A program made the translations under genes and the position numbers. Of a DNA stretch of 64,000 nt, positions 1-8,245 are shown one piece after another. The notes below the pieces were generated by a model. It made no database searches. It was given only the letters and a program-made list of their open reading frames with translations, and was not told where the DNA came from. How positions within the stretch are numbered: position 1 is the stretch's first letter; each line of letters begins with the position of its first letter. Source of the stretch: Ignavibacteria bacterium (lineage in GTDB: Bacteria; Pseudomonadota; Gammaproteobacteria; Burkholderiales; Rhodocyclaceae); NCBI GenBank assembly GCA_050259835.1, contig JBLNBJ010000212.1:5772-69771 (forward strand), written 5' to 3'.

Positions 1-468
1 GCCATCCACGGCAACGGCTTCCTGGCCGCGTTCCTCGCCGGCCTGCTGGCGAACTACAACCACGGCAAGGAATTCTTCAGGAAGACGCTGCACACCATGG
101 AGATCAAGATCGAGAGCATCGCCAAGCCGACGATCTTCATGATGGTCGGCCCCTTCGTGTCGCTCGGCGATCTCGGCGATACGGCGCTCATCGGCCTGGC
201 CGTGTCGCTCGTATTCATCTTCGTCGCCCGGCCGGTGGCCGTCATGCTGTCGATGCTGCCAACGGACCTCGACATGAAGGAGAAGCTCTTCCTGAGCGCG
301 GTGCGCGAGACGGGTGTCATCCCGGTAGTGCTGGCCGTCATCTCCGCCGCCCAGTTTCCGGGCTTGGGCCAACTGCTGCCGCTGACGGCCTGGGTGGTGA
401 TCTGGACGCTGACGCTGCTGCCCGCGATCACGCCCTGGTGGTCGCGGAAGCTGGGCCTCGTGCAGTAG
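1..468 (+). CDS. Cation:proton antiporter (Na+/H+ exchanger, CPA1-like), C-terminal part; 5' end outside the window
   Basis: Frame 1 is open from nt 1 (AIHGNGFLAAFLAGLLANYNHGKEFF...) and runs into track ORF 97..468. The sequence is a chain of hydrophobic helices (PTIFMMVGPFVSLGDL, ETGVIPVVLAVISAAQF), as in the C-terminal half of Na+/H+ exchangers. Family call by eye. Confidence 0.5.
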   Translation, partial: AIHGNGFLAAFLAGLLANYNHGKEFFRKTLHTMEIKIESIAKPTIFMMVGPFVSLGDLGDTALIGLAVSLVFIFVARPVAVMLSMLPTDLDMKEKLFLSAVRETGVIPVVLAVISAAQFPGLGQLLPLTAWVVIWTLTLLPAITPWWSRKLGLVQ

Positions 469-472
469 CGGG

Positions 473-835
473 CTAGCGGCCCAGCGCGTACCCGGCCATG
501 GCCTCGATCACGGAAGGAATCATGCCGACCGCGTCCGCGACTTCGAGCGACAGTTCGGGGTAGCGGTCGAGCACGTGCCCGGCGCGCTCGGGCAGGTCCT
601 TGAGCACGTGCTTGCCGGGTGCGAAGAAGATCGGAACGATGCGGATGGCATCGACGCCGCGGCGCACCAGCGCGTCCACGGCTTCCTCGAAGGTCGGCTG
701 CTGCAGCTCGAGGAAGCCGATCTCGATGTTCGCGTCCGCATCGCGCGCTAGCATCGCGTCCTTGATGCGCAGGAAGGGCTGGACGTATTCGGCGTTGCGG
801 GCGCCGTGCCCGAAGAGGAGGATGCCTTGGCTCAT
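473..835 (-). CDS. Small CbiX/SirB-type chelatase-like protein
   Basis: 120-aa ORF. 'LLFGHGAR' near the N-terminus and 'IVPIFFAPGKHV' resemble short CbiX(S)-type sirohydrochlorin chelatases. Confidence 0.6.
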   Translation of the reverse strand: MSQGILLFGHGARNAEYVQPFLRIKDAMLARDADANIEIGFLELQQPTFEEAVDALVRRGVDAIRIVPIFFAPGKHVLKDLPERAGHVLDRYPELSLEVADAVGMIPSVIEAMAGYALGR

Positions 836-844
836 CGGCTGATT

Positions 845-1510
845 CTACTTGGCGGGCGCGTGGCGTTCGGCGACCTCGGGGATGGCGCGCCGGTAGGCGG
901 CCTCGAGTTCCTCGGCGCTGCTCGAGGAGACGTCGAGGTCGAGCAGGCGGCCGTCCTTTAGGCCATAGGCCCAGCCATGCAGCGTGAGGTCCTGGCCGCG
1001 GCGCCAGGCGTCGCCGACCAGGGTGGTGCGGGCGAGGTTGCGCACCTGCTCGATCACGTTAAGGTCGCACAGCGCGCTCCAGCGCGTCTCGCGATCGGGC
1101 AGGGCGTCGAGCAGAGCGGCGTGGCGGTCGGCGACGTCCTGGATGTGGCGCAGCCAGTTGTCGATCAGGCCGAGCGAAGTGCCCTCGAGTGCCGCGCGCA
1201 CGCCGCCGCAACCGTAATGGCCGACGATCATGATGTGCTTGACCTGCAGCACGTCGATCGCGTATTGCACCACCGACAGGCAATTGAGGTCGGTGTGCAC
1301 GACCACGTTGGCGACGTTGCGATGGACGAATACCTCGCCGGGCTTGAGGCCGGTGATCTGGTTGGCGGGCACGCGGCTGTCGGAACAGCCGATCCAGAGA
1401 TACTCGGGGCGCTGGATGGCGGCCAGCTCGGAGAAGAACTCGGGCTCCTCCGCGATGGTTTCCTCGGCCCAGCGGGCGTTGGCTTCGAACAGATGGGAAA
1501 GCGGCTTCAC
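845..1510 (-). CDS. can: Beta-class carbonic anhydrase
   Basis: Motifs 'GCSDSRVP' and 'VGHYGCGGV' (Zn ligands Cys/His/Cys). GTG start at 1510 (VKPLSHLFEAN...), 221 aa. The 644-aa track ORF 845..2779 is a read-through extension. Confidence 0.85.
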   Translation of the reverse strand: MKPLSHLFEANARWAEETIAEEPEFFSELAAIQRPEYLWIGCSDSRVPANQITGLKPGEVFVHRNVANVVVHTDLNCLSVVQYAIDVLQVKHIMIVGHYGCGGVRAALEGTSLGLIDNWLRHIQDVADRHAALLDALPDRETRWSALCDLNVIEQVRNLARTTLVGDAWRRGQDLTLHGWAYGLKDGRLLDLDVSSSSAEELEAAYRRAIPEVAERHAPAK

Positions 1511-1512
1511 GG

Positions 1513-2523
1513 TTATTCGGACCTGCGGTTGGCACGGATGGAACTGCCGAGCGACAGCACGATCAGGGTAGCACCGATCAGGCCGGTGAACGCCTCGGGG
1601 ATGTGCATCGAGACGCCGAGCAGCATCACCATCGCGAGCGCGCCTATCGCCCAGAAAGCGCCGTGCTCGAGGTAGCGGTAGGTGTCGAGCGTGCGGCGTT
1701 CCACCAGCAGCAGCGTGAAGCTGCGCACGAACATCGCGCCGACGCCGAGGCCCAGCACGATGATCAGCAGGTTGTTGGTCATGGCGAAGGCGCCGATGAC
1801 GCCGTCGAAGGAGAAGCTGGCGTCGAGCACCTCGAGGTAGAGGAAGCCGGCGAAACCCTGCCGCACCGCGGCTTGCGGCCCTTCGTGCTCGTCGCCGCCG
1901 AGCAGGCCGGAAAGGCCCTTGACGAAGATGAACACGATCACGCCCCAGACGCCGGCGACGATGAACTCGTGGCGCTCGGCCGTCTCGACGAGCTGCGCCA
2001 TCGCGAGCAGCACGGCCAGCGTCAGCGCACCCTCGATGGCTTCCATCTTGCCCAGCCGCGTGAGCTGCCGTTCGACCAGGCCGAACCAGTGGCGCGTCTT
2101 GTGGCGCGCGACGAAGAACTTGAAGAAGACCATCATCAGGAAGGCCCCGCCGAAGGCGCCGATCTGGTGATGGGCGGACGCCAGGATCTCGCCGTAGCGC
2201 ACCGGGTCGTCGAAGGCGAGCCGGACCGCCTCGATCGGTCCCAGCCGGCCGGCCAGGCCGACGATCAGCAGCGGGAACACCAGCCGCATGCCGAACACGG
2301 CGACCACCATGCCCCACACCAGGAAGCGCCGTTGCCACACCGCATTCCAGTTGGCGAGCACGGTCGCGTTGACCACGGCGTTGTCGAAGGACAGCGAGGC
2401 TTCCAGCACGCCCAGGAACACGACCGTCGCAGCCGCCGGGAAGCCGCCGAGCGGGATGGCGATGGCCACCGCGAGGATGGCGAAGGCGAAGGTGCTGGCG
2501 AAGTGGGCGGTGGCGGGCTTCAT
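1513..2523 (-). CDS. TerC/DUF475-like integral membrane protein
   Basis: 336 aa and multi-spanning. Duplicated 'SFDN'/'SFSFDG' motifs follow TM helices, as in TerC-superfamily (DUF475) proteins. The stop lies 2 nt upstream of the can start codon. Confidence 0.5.
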   Translation of the reverse strand: MKPATAHFASTFAFAILAVAIAIPLGGFPAAATVVFLGVLEASLSFDNAVVNATVLANWNAVWQRRFLVWGMVVAVFGMRLVFPLLIVGLAGRLGPIEAVRLAFDDPVRYGEILASAHHQIGAFGGAFLMMVFFKFFVARHKTRHWFGLVERQLTRLGKMEAIEGALTLAVLLAMAQLVETAERHEFIVAGVWGVIVFIFVKGLSGLLGGDEHEGPQAAVRQGFAGFLYLEVLDASFSFDGVIGAFAMTNNLLIIVLGLGVGAMFVRSFTLLLVERRTLDTYRYLEHGAFWAIGALAMVMLLGVSMHIPEAFTGLIGATLIVLSLGSSIRANRRSE

Positions 2524-2594
2524 CGGAGGCGCGAAGTCTAGGCGGTTCGCCGCGCCGTCGCAAGCATCGCTCGGGCCCTATTCCATCGGTCTGA

Positions 2595-2623
2595 TTGACG
2601 CGGCCGGGGTGCGGAACTAGATT
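2595..2623 (+). promoter_or_regulatory. Candidate sigma70 promoter for the EAL-like/hemerythrin gene
   Basis: TTGACG (2595-2600), 17-nt spacer, TAGATT (2618-2623), about 100 nt upstream of ATG 2728. Confidence 0.45.
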
Positions 2624-2727
2624 GGAATCGCCAGCAGGCTTTCCCGCCCCCCGATACCCGAGCAGCATCGTCCGACATCGCCACCATCCCTCCGGCGCCG
2701 ACCGGCACCGCCTTCGAGGAGAATCGC

Positions 2728-3897
2728 ATGGCATCGAGCACAAGCAGCGGCTGCGTTGCGTCCGGAGCCCCGGCCGCATCGTCGGACGGGAGCGCAGCCT
2801 TCCGGGTGCTGCGCGACGAGATCCTCGACGGCCGCACGCGCATCGTCGGCTACCGGTTTCGGCTGGAGCCGAGCGGTCCCGAAGGAAGGCAGGATGCCGC
2901 GGCCAAGCGGGAGGCGCTGCGTGCGGACAATCTCGCGGCTTTCGTGCATCAGCGCATCGCCATCGTGCCGATCAGCGTCAAGGACTGGCATGCGGCGGAC
3001 TTCCGCGAGTTTGCTTCGCCCAACACGGTGTTCCATCTCGGCCTGGCGCGCGAGGACGATGCGGCGGCCTGGCAGCTCGCCATCGATGCCATCCGGGCGA
3101 GCGGCGCCGCCCTCGCGCTCGACTGGACGCTGGTCGAGTCCGGGCATGGCGATGCGCTGGGATCCGCCGAACTGGTGTTCGTCAGGCCGTCGGAGTACTC
3201 GCCCGAGACGCTGCGCCGCATCGTCGAGGAACTGCATGCGCGCTACCCGGGCACCCGCATCGCGGCCGACGGCATCGGCAGCTGGAGCGAATACCGCGCT
3301 TGCCTCGCCCTGGGCGCCCACTATGGCCTCGGCAGCTTCACCGCGACGCCCTACGTCGACGACGAGATCCAGCGTCAGCAGGTGCTCAACAACGTGCTGG
3401 ACAACAAGCTGGTGCAGTTCTACTGGTATCGCGTGTTCGAGTGCGGCTGCGAATCGATCGATCGCGACCACCAGGCGCTGTTCGCCTTCGCCACGGATCT
3501 GCTCAACGCCATCATGGCGAGCAAGCCGAAGCGGAAGCTCGCTGAAATGGTCGATCAACTCCTCGTCAAGGCGACCGAGCACTTCCAGCACGAGGAGGCG
3601 GTGCTGCTCGCCGCCGGTTACCCGCGTCTCGAACACCATGCCGAGGTCCATCGCGAGCTGGCGGCGCGCGCCGGGCGCCTGGTTGACGACTTCAAGGCCG
3701 GCCGGGCCGAGATCGGCGCGGTGTTCCAGTTCCTGGCCCAGGACCTGATCGTGAACCACATGCTGGGGGCGGACCGCGACTTCTTCCCGCTGTTCCTGCA
3801 GCCGCGCAAGCGCGTCGTCGTCGCGACGCTGGCCAACGGCAAGGGGCCGGCCTGCCCGCTGCCGGCCGCTACGCCGTCGCCGCGCGTGACCCTGTAG
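2728..3897 (+). CDS. Two-domain protein: degenerate EAL-like N-domain fused to a bacteriohemerythrin-like C-domain
   Basis: GAGGAG lies 6 nt before ATG 2728. The N-domain begins like an EAL domain ('RDEILDGRTRIVGYRFRL'), but EAL is replaced by YRF and no DDFG or E-x-x-E motif is visible. The C-domain has 'ESIDRDHQALF', 'HFQHEE', 'HHAEVHREL' and 'VNHMLGADRDF', the hemerythrin His/Glu/Asp ligand pattern. Confidence 0.7.
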   Translation: MASSTSSGCVASGAPAASSDGSAAFRVLRDEILDGRTRIVGYRFRLEPSGPEGRQDAAAKREALRADNLAAFVHQRIAIVPISVKDWHAADFREFASPNTVFHLGLAREDDAAAWQLAIDAIRASGAALALDWTLVESGHGDALGSAELVFVRPSEYSPETLRRIVEELHARYPGTRIAADGIGSWSEYRACLALGAHYGLGSFTATPYVDDEIQRQQVLNNVLDNKLVQFYWYRVFECGCESIDRDHQALFAFATDLLNAIMASKPKRKLAEMVDQLLVKATEHFQHEEAVLLAAGYPRLEHHAEVHRELAARAGRLVDDFKAGRAEIGAVFQFLAQDLIVNHMLGADRDFFPLFLQPRKRVVVATLANGKGPACPLPAATPSPRVTL

Positions 3898-3903
3898 CGG
3901 CGC

Positions 3904-4557
3904 CTACTCGTCGCTGACGACGATGAGGTGCACCCGGTAGGGGCCGTGTGCGCCGAGCACGATGGTCTGCTCGATGTCGCCGGTGCGCGAGGGGCCCGAA
4001 ACGAAGTTGACGGCGCGCGGCAATTCGCCCAGTTCCTGCCGCATCAGGTTCCAGGCGTCTTCCATGCCGGCAACGACACGCGAGGCTTTGACGACTGCAA
4101 TATGGGTTTCGGGCAGCAGGCTGACGGTGGCCGGCGTATCCGCGCCCGACAGCAGCGCCAGGGTGCCGGTCTCGGCGATCGCGCAGAAGCTGCCCGTGAT
4201 GCCGACGAGGTCGGCATCGACGGCGGGGCGTGCCGCCATCGTGATGCCGGCTTGCTCCCAGGGCAGGCCGGCGAGCTGCGGCCAGCAGACCCCCGTCGTC
4301 GTAAGCTGCAGCGAGGCGAGGTAGCGCGCCGCGGCGGCCGGCACCTCCGTCATGCTCGCCACGGTGTCGACGCTGCTGGCCATCCTGAGCGACTTCTCGC
4401 AGAACAGCGCAACGAGATCGCCGCCCACCTCAGGACGCGGCCCTTCCGGATGGCGCGCCAGCCAGCCGTCGATATCGGCACCCGCGGCCGGTGCGTTGGC
4501 GGCGTCGCGGCCGAGGCGGCCGCGCACGCGATTCAGTATGTCGTCTCGGGAATTCAT
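3904..4557 (-). CDS. lutC: Lactate utilisation protein C (LutC/YkgG, LUD domain)
   Basis: 217 aa. The C-terminal 'VSGPSRTGDIEQTIVLGAHGP..VHLIVV' is typical of LUD-domain LutC proteins. ATG 4557 lies 1 nt after the stop of the upstream dehydrogenase gene. Confidence 0.75.
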   Translation of the reverse strand: MNSRDDILNRVRGRLGRDAANAPAAGADIDGWLARHPEGPRPEVGGDLVALFCEKSLRMASSVDTVASMTEVPAAAARYLASLQLTTTGVCWPQLAGLPWEQAGITMAARPAVDADLVGITGSFCAIAETGTLALLSGADTPATVSLLPETHIAVVKASRVVAGMEDAWNLMRQELGELPRAVNFVSGPSRTGDIEQTIVLGAHGPYRVHLIVVSDE

Positions 4558-4558
4558 G

Positions 4559-5518
4559 TCAGGCCACCCGGTTTACGCCTTCGCCGTTTGCGAAAGCCTC
4601 GATATTGTGGATCAACTGGTCGGCCAGCGCCTGCATGGCGTCGCCGGAGGCCCATGCGACATGGGGCGTCAGCAGGAAGTTCGGCAGCGCCAGCACCTCG
4701 GGGGCGAGCAGGGGATTGCCTTCGCGCGGGGGTTCCTTGGACAGCACGTCGAAGCCGGCGCCTGCGATCCAGCCCTCCGTGAGCGCGCGCACCAGCGCGG
4801 TTTCGTCCACCAGGCCGCCGCGCCCGGTGTTGATGAGGATGGCGCTGCGCTTCATGGCGCGCAACTCGGCTTCGCCCACCAGGCCGCGCGTAGCGTCGTT
4901 GAGCGGGCAATGCAGCGATACGACGTCGGCTTCGGCAATGACGGTCTCGAACGGAACGTGGCCGTCGCGCACCGTGGTGGCGCCCTTGCGCTCGCTCCAC
5001 AGGACGCGCATGCCGAAGGCCTGCGCCAGCCGCGCCACGCCCTGCCCGAGCGAGCCCCGTCCGACCAGCCCGAGCGTGGAACCATGCAGGTCGCGGATCG
5101 GATGGTCGAAGAAGCAGAACATCGGCGCTTCCTGCCACTTGCCGGCGACGATGTCGGCCCGATAGGCGAGCAGCTGGCGGCGCAGCGCCAGCATCAGCAT
5201 CATGACGTGCTCGGGCACGGTGCGCGCCGCATAGCCGGGGATGTTGCAGACAGCCACGCCGTGGCTGCGGCACCAGGCGATGTCGATGTTGTCGGTGCCG
5301 GTGGCGGCTTCCGCGATGAGCTGCAGTTGCGGCAGGCGCGCCAGCAGTTCGCCGCGCAGCGCGACCTTGTTGGTGATGGCGATGGTGGCGTCCTGCAGCC
5401 GCTCGAACACCTCGTCGGGCGCGGTCTTCGGGTACTCGCGCCATTCGTGCGCGAAGGCCGGGCGCCGCACCTGGGCGCGGATGGAATCGCTCTCGAGGAA
5501 GACGACGCGATGCGTCAA
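4559..5518 (-). CDS. D-isomer-specific 2-hydroxyacid dehydrogenase (glycerate dehydrogenase/hydroxypyruvate reductase-like)
   Basis: 'GLVGRGSLGQGVARLA' NAD fold, 'INTGRGGLVDE', 'DVLSKEP', 'LLTPHVAWAS'. The only in-frame start giving a full-length protein is TTG at 5518 (LTHRVVFLESD), which overlaps the TGA of the upstream gene (TTGA). Confidence 0.8.
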   Translation of the reverse strand: MTHRVVFLESDSIRAQVRRPAFAHEWREYPKTAPDEVFERLQDATIAITNKVALRGELLARLPQLQLIAEAATGTDNIDIAWCRSHGVAVCNIPGYAARTVPEHVMMLMLALRRQLLAYRADIVAGKWQEAPMFCFFDHPIRDLHGSTLGLVGRGSLGQGVARLAQAFGMRVLWSERKGATTVRDGHVPFETVIAEADVVSLHCPLNDATRGLVGEAELRAMKRSAILINTGRGGLVDETALVRALTEGWIAGAGFDVLSKEPPREGNPLLAPEVLALPNFLLTPHVAWASGDAMQALADQLIHNIEAFANGEGVNRVA

Positions 5519-7869
5519 TGCACGCGGTTCCGGATCATCAGGCCCACCTCGTCGGCTTCGATCGGGCGGCAGAAGAAATAGCCCTGGGCGTCGCAGCAGG
5601 CGTGGTTGCGCAGGAACCAGAGTTGCTTTTCGGTCTCGACGCCTTCGGCGACCACGCGCAGGTTCAGGCTGTTCGCCACCGCGATGATGGCGTTCGAAAT
5701 CGCCTGGTCGTTGGCGTCGGTGTCGAGGCCTTCGACGAAGGAGCGGTCGATCTTCAGCGTATCTACCGGCAGGCGCTTGAGGTAGCTCAGCGACGAGTAG
5801 CCCGTGCCGAAGTCGTCGATCGACAGCCGGATGCCGAGCGACTTGAGCTGCCAGAGGATGTCCATGACCTCCTTGGCGAACTGCATCACCATGCTCTCGG
5901 TTAGCTCGATTTCGAGCCACTGCGGGGCCAGGCCGGTCTCGTCGAGGATTTCGGCGACGCGTTCGGCGAAGCGCGGATTGCGCAGTTGGCGCACGGACAT
6001 GTTGACCGCGACGCGCACCGGCGCGAGGCCCAGCTTCTGCCAGGCCACGTTCTGGCGGCATGCTTCGCGCAGCACCCATTCGCCGATGCTGCCGATGAGG
6101 CCGGAATCCTCGGCCACCGGGATGAAATCCGCCGGCGGGATGTCGCCGCGCGTCGGGTGGTCCCAGCGCAGCAGCGCCTCGAGTGCGACGATGCGGCCGG
6201 TTTCGATCTCGATCTGCGGCTGGTAGACGAGGCGCATTTCGTCGCGCTCCAGCGCGCGGCGCAAGCCGTGCTCGAGCTCGAAGACATCGCGCGGCTGGCC
6301 TTCGTGGCCCGGCCGGTAGAACTGGTAGTTGTTGCGGCCGGCTTCCTTGGCGCGGTACATCGCGATGTCGGCATGCTTGACGAGCGTCTCGACGTCCTCG
6401 CCCGCCAGCGGATAGACGGCGATGCCGATACTGGCGCCGATGACCAACTCCTTGTCCTCGAGATGGAAGCTCCTCGACATGCTGTCGATGATCTTCTCGG
6501 CGACGTTGGCCGCGCCGGCCGGGCCGGCGACTTCAGGCAGGATCACGGTGAATTCGTCGCCGCCCAGGCAGGCCACGGTGTCCTGCTCGCGCACGGCGCC
6601 GCTGATGCGTTCGGCGGCAAGCTGCAGCAACCGGTCGCCGGCGCGGTGGCCGAGCGTGTCGTTGATCAGCTTGAAGCGGTCGAGGTCGAGGAACAGCAGG
6701 CCGACGCCGGTGCCGCTGCGCTTGGCGTGCGCCATCGCGTGGCGCAGACGGTCGGTGAACAGCACGCGGTTGGGCAGTTCGGTCAGCGCGTCGAAATGCG
6801 CGAGGTGGTGGAGGCGCTCCTCGTTTTCCTTGACGACGCTGATGTCGGAGAACACCGCGACGTAATAGACGATGCAGCCGCTGGCGTCGCGCACCGCGCT
6901 GATGTGCAGCCACTCCGGATAAACCTCGCCGTTGCGGCGGCGGTTCCAGATCTCGCCCTGCCACTGACCGGTGACGACCAGCTCGTTCCACATGGCGTCG
7001 TAGAAACTCTCGTCGTGGCGTCCGGATTGCAGGATGCTGGGGTTCTTGCCCATCACCTCCTGCGGCAGGTAGCCGGTCACGGCGGTGAAGGCGGGATTGA
7101 CGGAGATGATGTTGCCCACGCCGTCCGTCACGAGGATGCCTTCCTGCGTGTTCTGGAATACCTTGTCCGAAAGCTGCAGCCGCTGCTCGGCGCGGCGCCG
7201 TTCGCGGATGTCGGTCATCAGGAAGAGCAGGCCATCGGGGCTGCCGTCGCGCGCATTGAGCGGCGCGGCATGCATGGCGACCTCGACGCGTTCGCCGTCC
7301 TTGGTCTGGCGTACGGTCTCGAAATCGGCGACGACGCGGCCGCCGGAGATCTCGCCGGAGAGGCGCTCGAAATCCGGCCACTGGTCGCTGCCGAGCAGCG
7401 GGCAGCGCATGCCGAGGACCTCTTCGGCGCGCCAGCCGAACATGCGCTCGGCGGCCGGGTTCCACAGGCGCACCGTACGGTCGGGCGAAAGCGCGATCAG
7501 CGCGACCGGCAGCGAGTGCACCAGCGAGGCAAGCAGTTCGCCTTCCTTCTGCAGCGCCTGGCGCATGCGCAGCGAGGGCGTGATGTCGCGCAGCACGGCG
7601 ACATAGGCGGGCGCACCGGCCCATTCGGATTGCGCCACCCGCATCTCCGCCAGACCCCAGCCGCCGTCGGCCTGCGGGATCTCGATTTCCGTCGATTCGC
7701 CGGCGGCGACCGGGAAGCCGAAGTTGCTGCCGGTGAGCTCGGTGTCGGCGCAGCCGAACAGCATGCCGCTGGCGCGATTGGCGAAGCGCACGAAGCCGTC
7801 GCCGTCGACGACCACGATGCCGTCGGGCGCGTCTTCGATCCAGCGCAGGGCCGAGGCGGGCAGCGTCAT
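5515..7869 (-). CDS. PAS-PAS-PAS-GGDEF-EAL c-di-GMP turnover protein
   Basis: 784 aa from ATG 7869 (MTLPASALRWIEDAPDGIVVVD). Three PAS-like segments are followed by an intact 'GGDEF', then 'EALLRW', 'DDFGTGYSSL' and 'KIDRSF'. The track ORF start at 8079 would overlap kaiB out of frame. Confidence 0.9.
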   Translation of the reverse strand: MTLPASALRWIEDAPDGIVVVDGDGFVRFANRASGMLFGCADTELTGSNFGFPVAAGESTEIEIPQADGGWGLAEMRVAQSEWAGAPAYVAVLRDITPSLRMRQALQKEGELLASLVHSLPVALIALSPDRTVRLWNPAAERMFGWRAEEVLGMRCPLLGSDQWPDFERLSGEISGGRVVADFETVRQTKDGERVEVAMHAAPLNARDGSPDGLLFLMTDIRERRRAEQRLQLSDKVFQNTQEGILVTDGVGNIISVNPAFTAVTGYLPQEVMGKNPSILQSGRHDESFYDAMWNELVVTGQWQGEIWNRRRNGEVYPEWLHISAVRDASGCIVYYVAVFSDISVVKENEERLHHLAHFDALTELPNRVLFTDRLRHAMAHAKRSGTGVGLLFLDLDRFKLINDTLGHRAGDRLLQLAAERISGAVREQDTVACLGGDEFTVILPEVAGPAGAANVAEKIIDSMSRSFHLEDKELVIGASIGIAVYPLAGEDVETLVKHADIAMYRAKEAGRNNYQFYRPGHEGQPRDVFELEHGLRRALERDEMRLVYQPQIEIETGRIVALEALLRWDHPTRGDIPPADFIPVAEDSGLIGSIGEWVLREACRQNVAWQKLGLAPVRVAVNMSVRQLRNPRFAERVAEILDETGLAPQWLEIELTESMVMQFAKEVMDILWQLKSLGIRLSIDDFGTGYSSLSYLKRLPVDTLKIDRSFVEGLDTDANDQAISNAIIAVANSLNLRVVAEGVETEKQLWFLRNHACCDAQGYFFCRPIEADEVGLMIRNRVH

Positions 7870-8168
7870 TCCTCCACCTCCGCCTTCGCCGGATGCAGCT
7901 CGAGGCCGGCCAGCACCTTGTCGATGTCGGCGAGGTCGCCGATGATGCGCCGCATGGGATGCGGCAGCAGCTTCTCGACCGTCGGCGTCGCCAGGATACG
8001 GTGGGCCTTCGCTTCCTCGGGGCAGGTCAGGACGTCGACGACCTCGAGCTCGTAGCGATCGGGCAGTTGCTCGTCGCACAGGCGCTGCAATTGCGCGAGC
8101 GCCTGGCGCGACCGCAAGGTGTGGTCGGTGACGTATAGCCTGAGATGGTATTGAGCTTCCCTGCGCAT
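7866..8168 (-). CDS. kaiB: KaiB-like protein (thioredoxin-like fold)
   Basis: 100 aa. 'LRLYVTDHT..S', 'LEVVDVL', 'ILATPTVEKLLPHPMRRIIGDLAD..KVLAGLEL' aligns along its whole length with cyanobacterial KaiB. GGGGGAGG RBS. Its TGA overlaps the ATG of the GGDEF-EAL gene (ATGA). Confidence 0.85.
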   Translation of the reverse strand: MRREAQYHLRLYVTDHTLRSRQALAQLQRLCDEQLPDRYELEVVDVLTCPEEAKAHRILATPTVEKLLPHPMRRIIGDLADIDKVLAGLELHPAKAEVEE

Positions 8169-8245
8169 GGCCTCCCCCAGCCTCGTTACTCTTACTTTCG
8201 TCTAGTGATTTTCGCTAGGCGGGATTGTACCGGGACGCGGTGTTT

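Noticed and set aside
2524-2727. Possible yybP-ykoY (Mn2+) riboswitch upstream of the TerC-like gene
   Set aside because: The minus-strand leader lacks the conserved GGGGAGUAG and UUGACAUA/AGACC elements. No four-way-junction-like pairing is evident.
845-2779. 644-aa ORF extending the carbonic anhydrase gene upstream
   Set aside because: The extension overlaps the TerC/DUF475-like gene out of frame and is Arg/Pro/Gly-rich. A GTG at 1510 gives a normal 221-aa beta-carbonic anhydrase.
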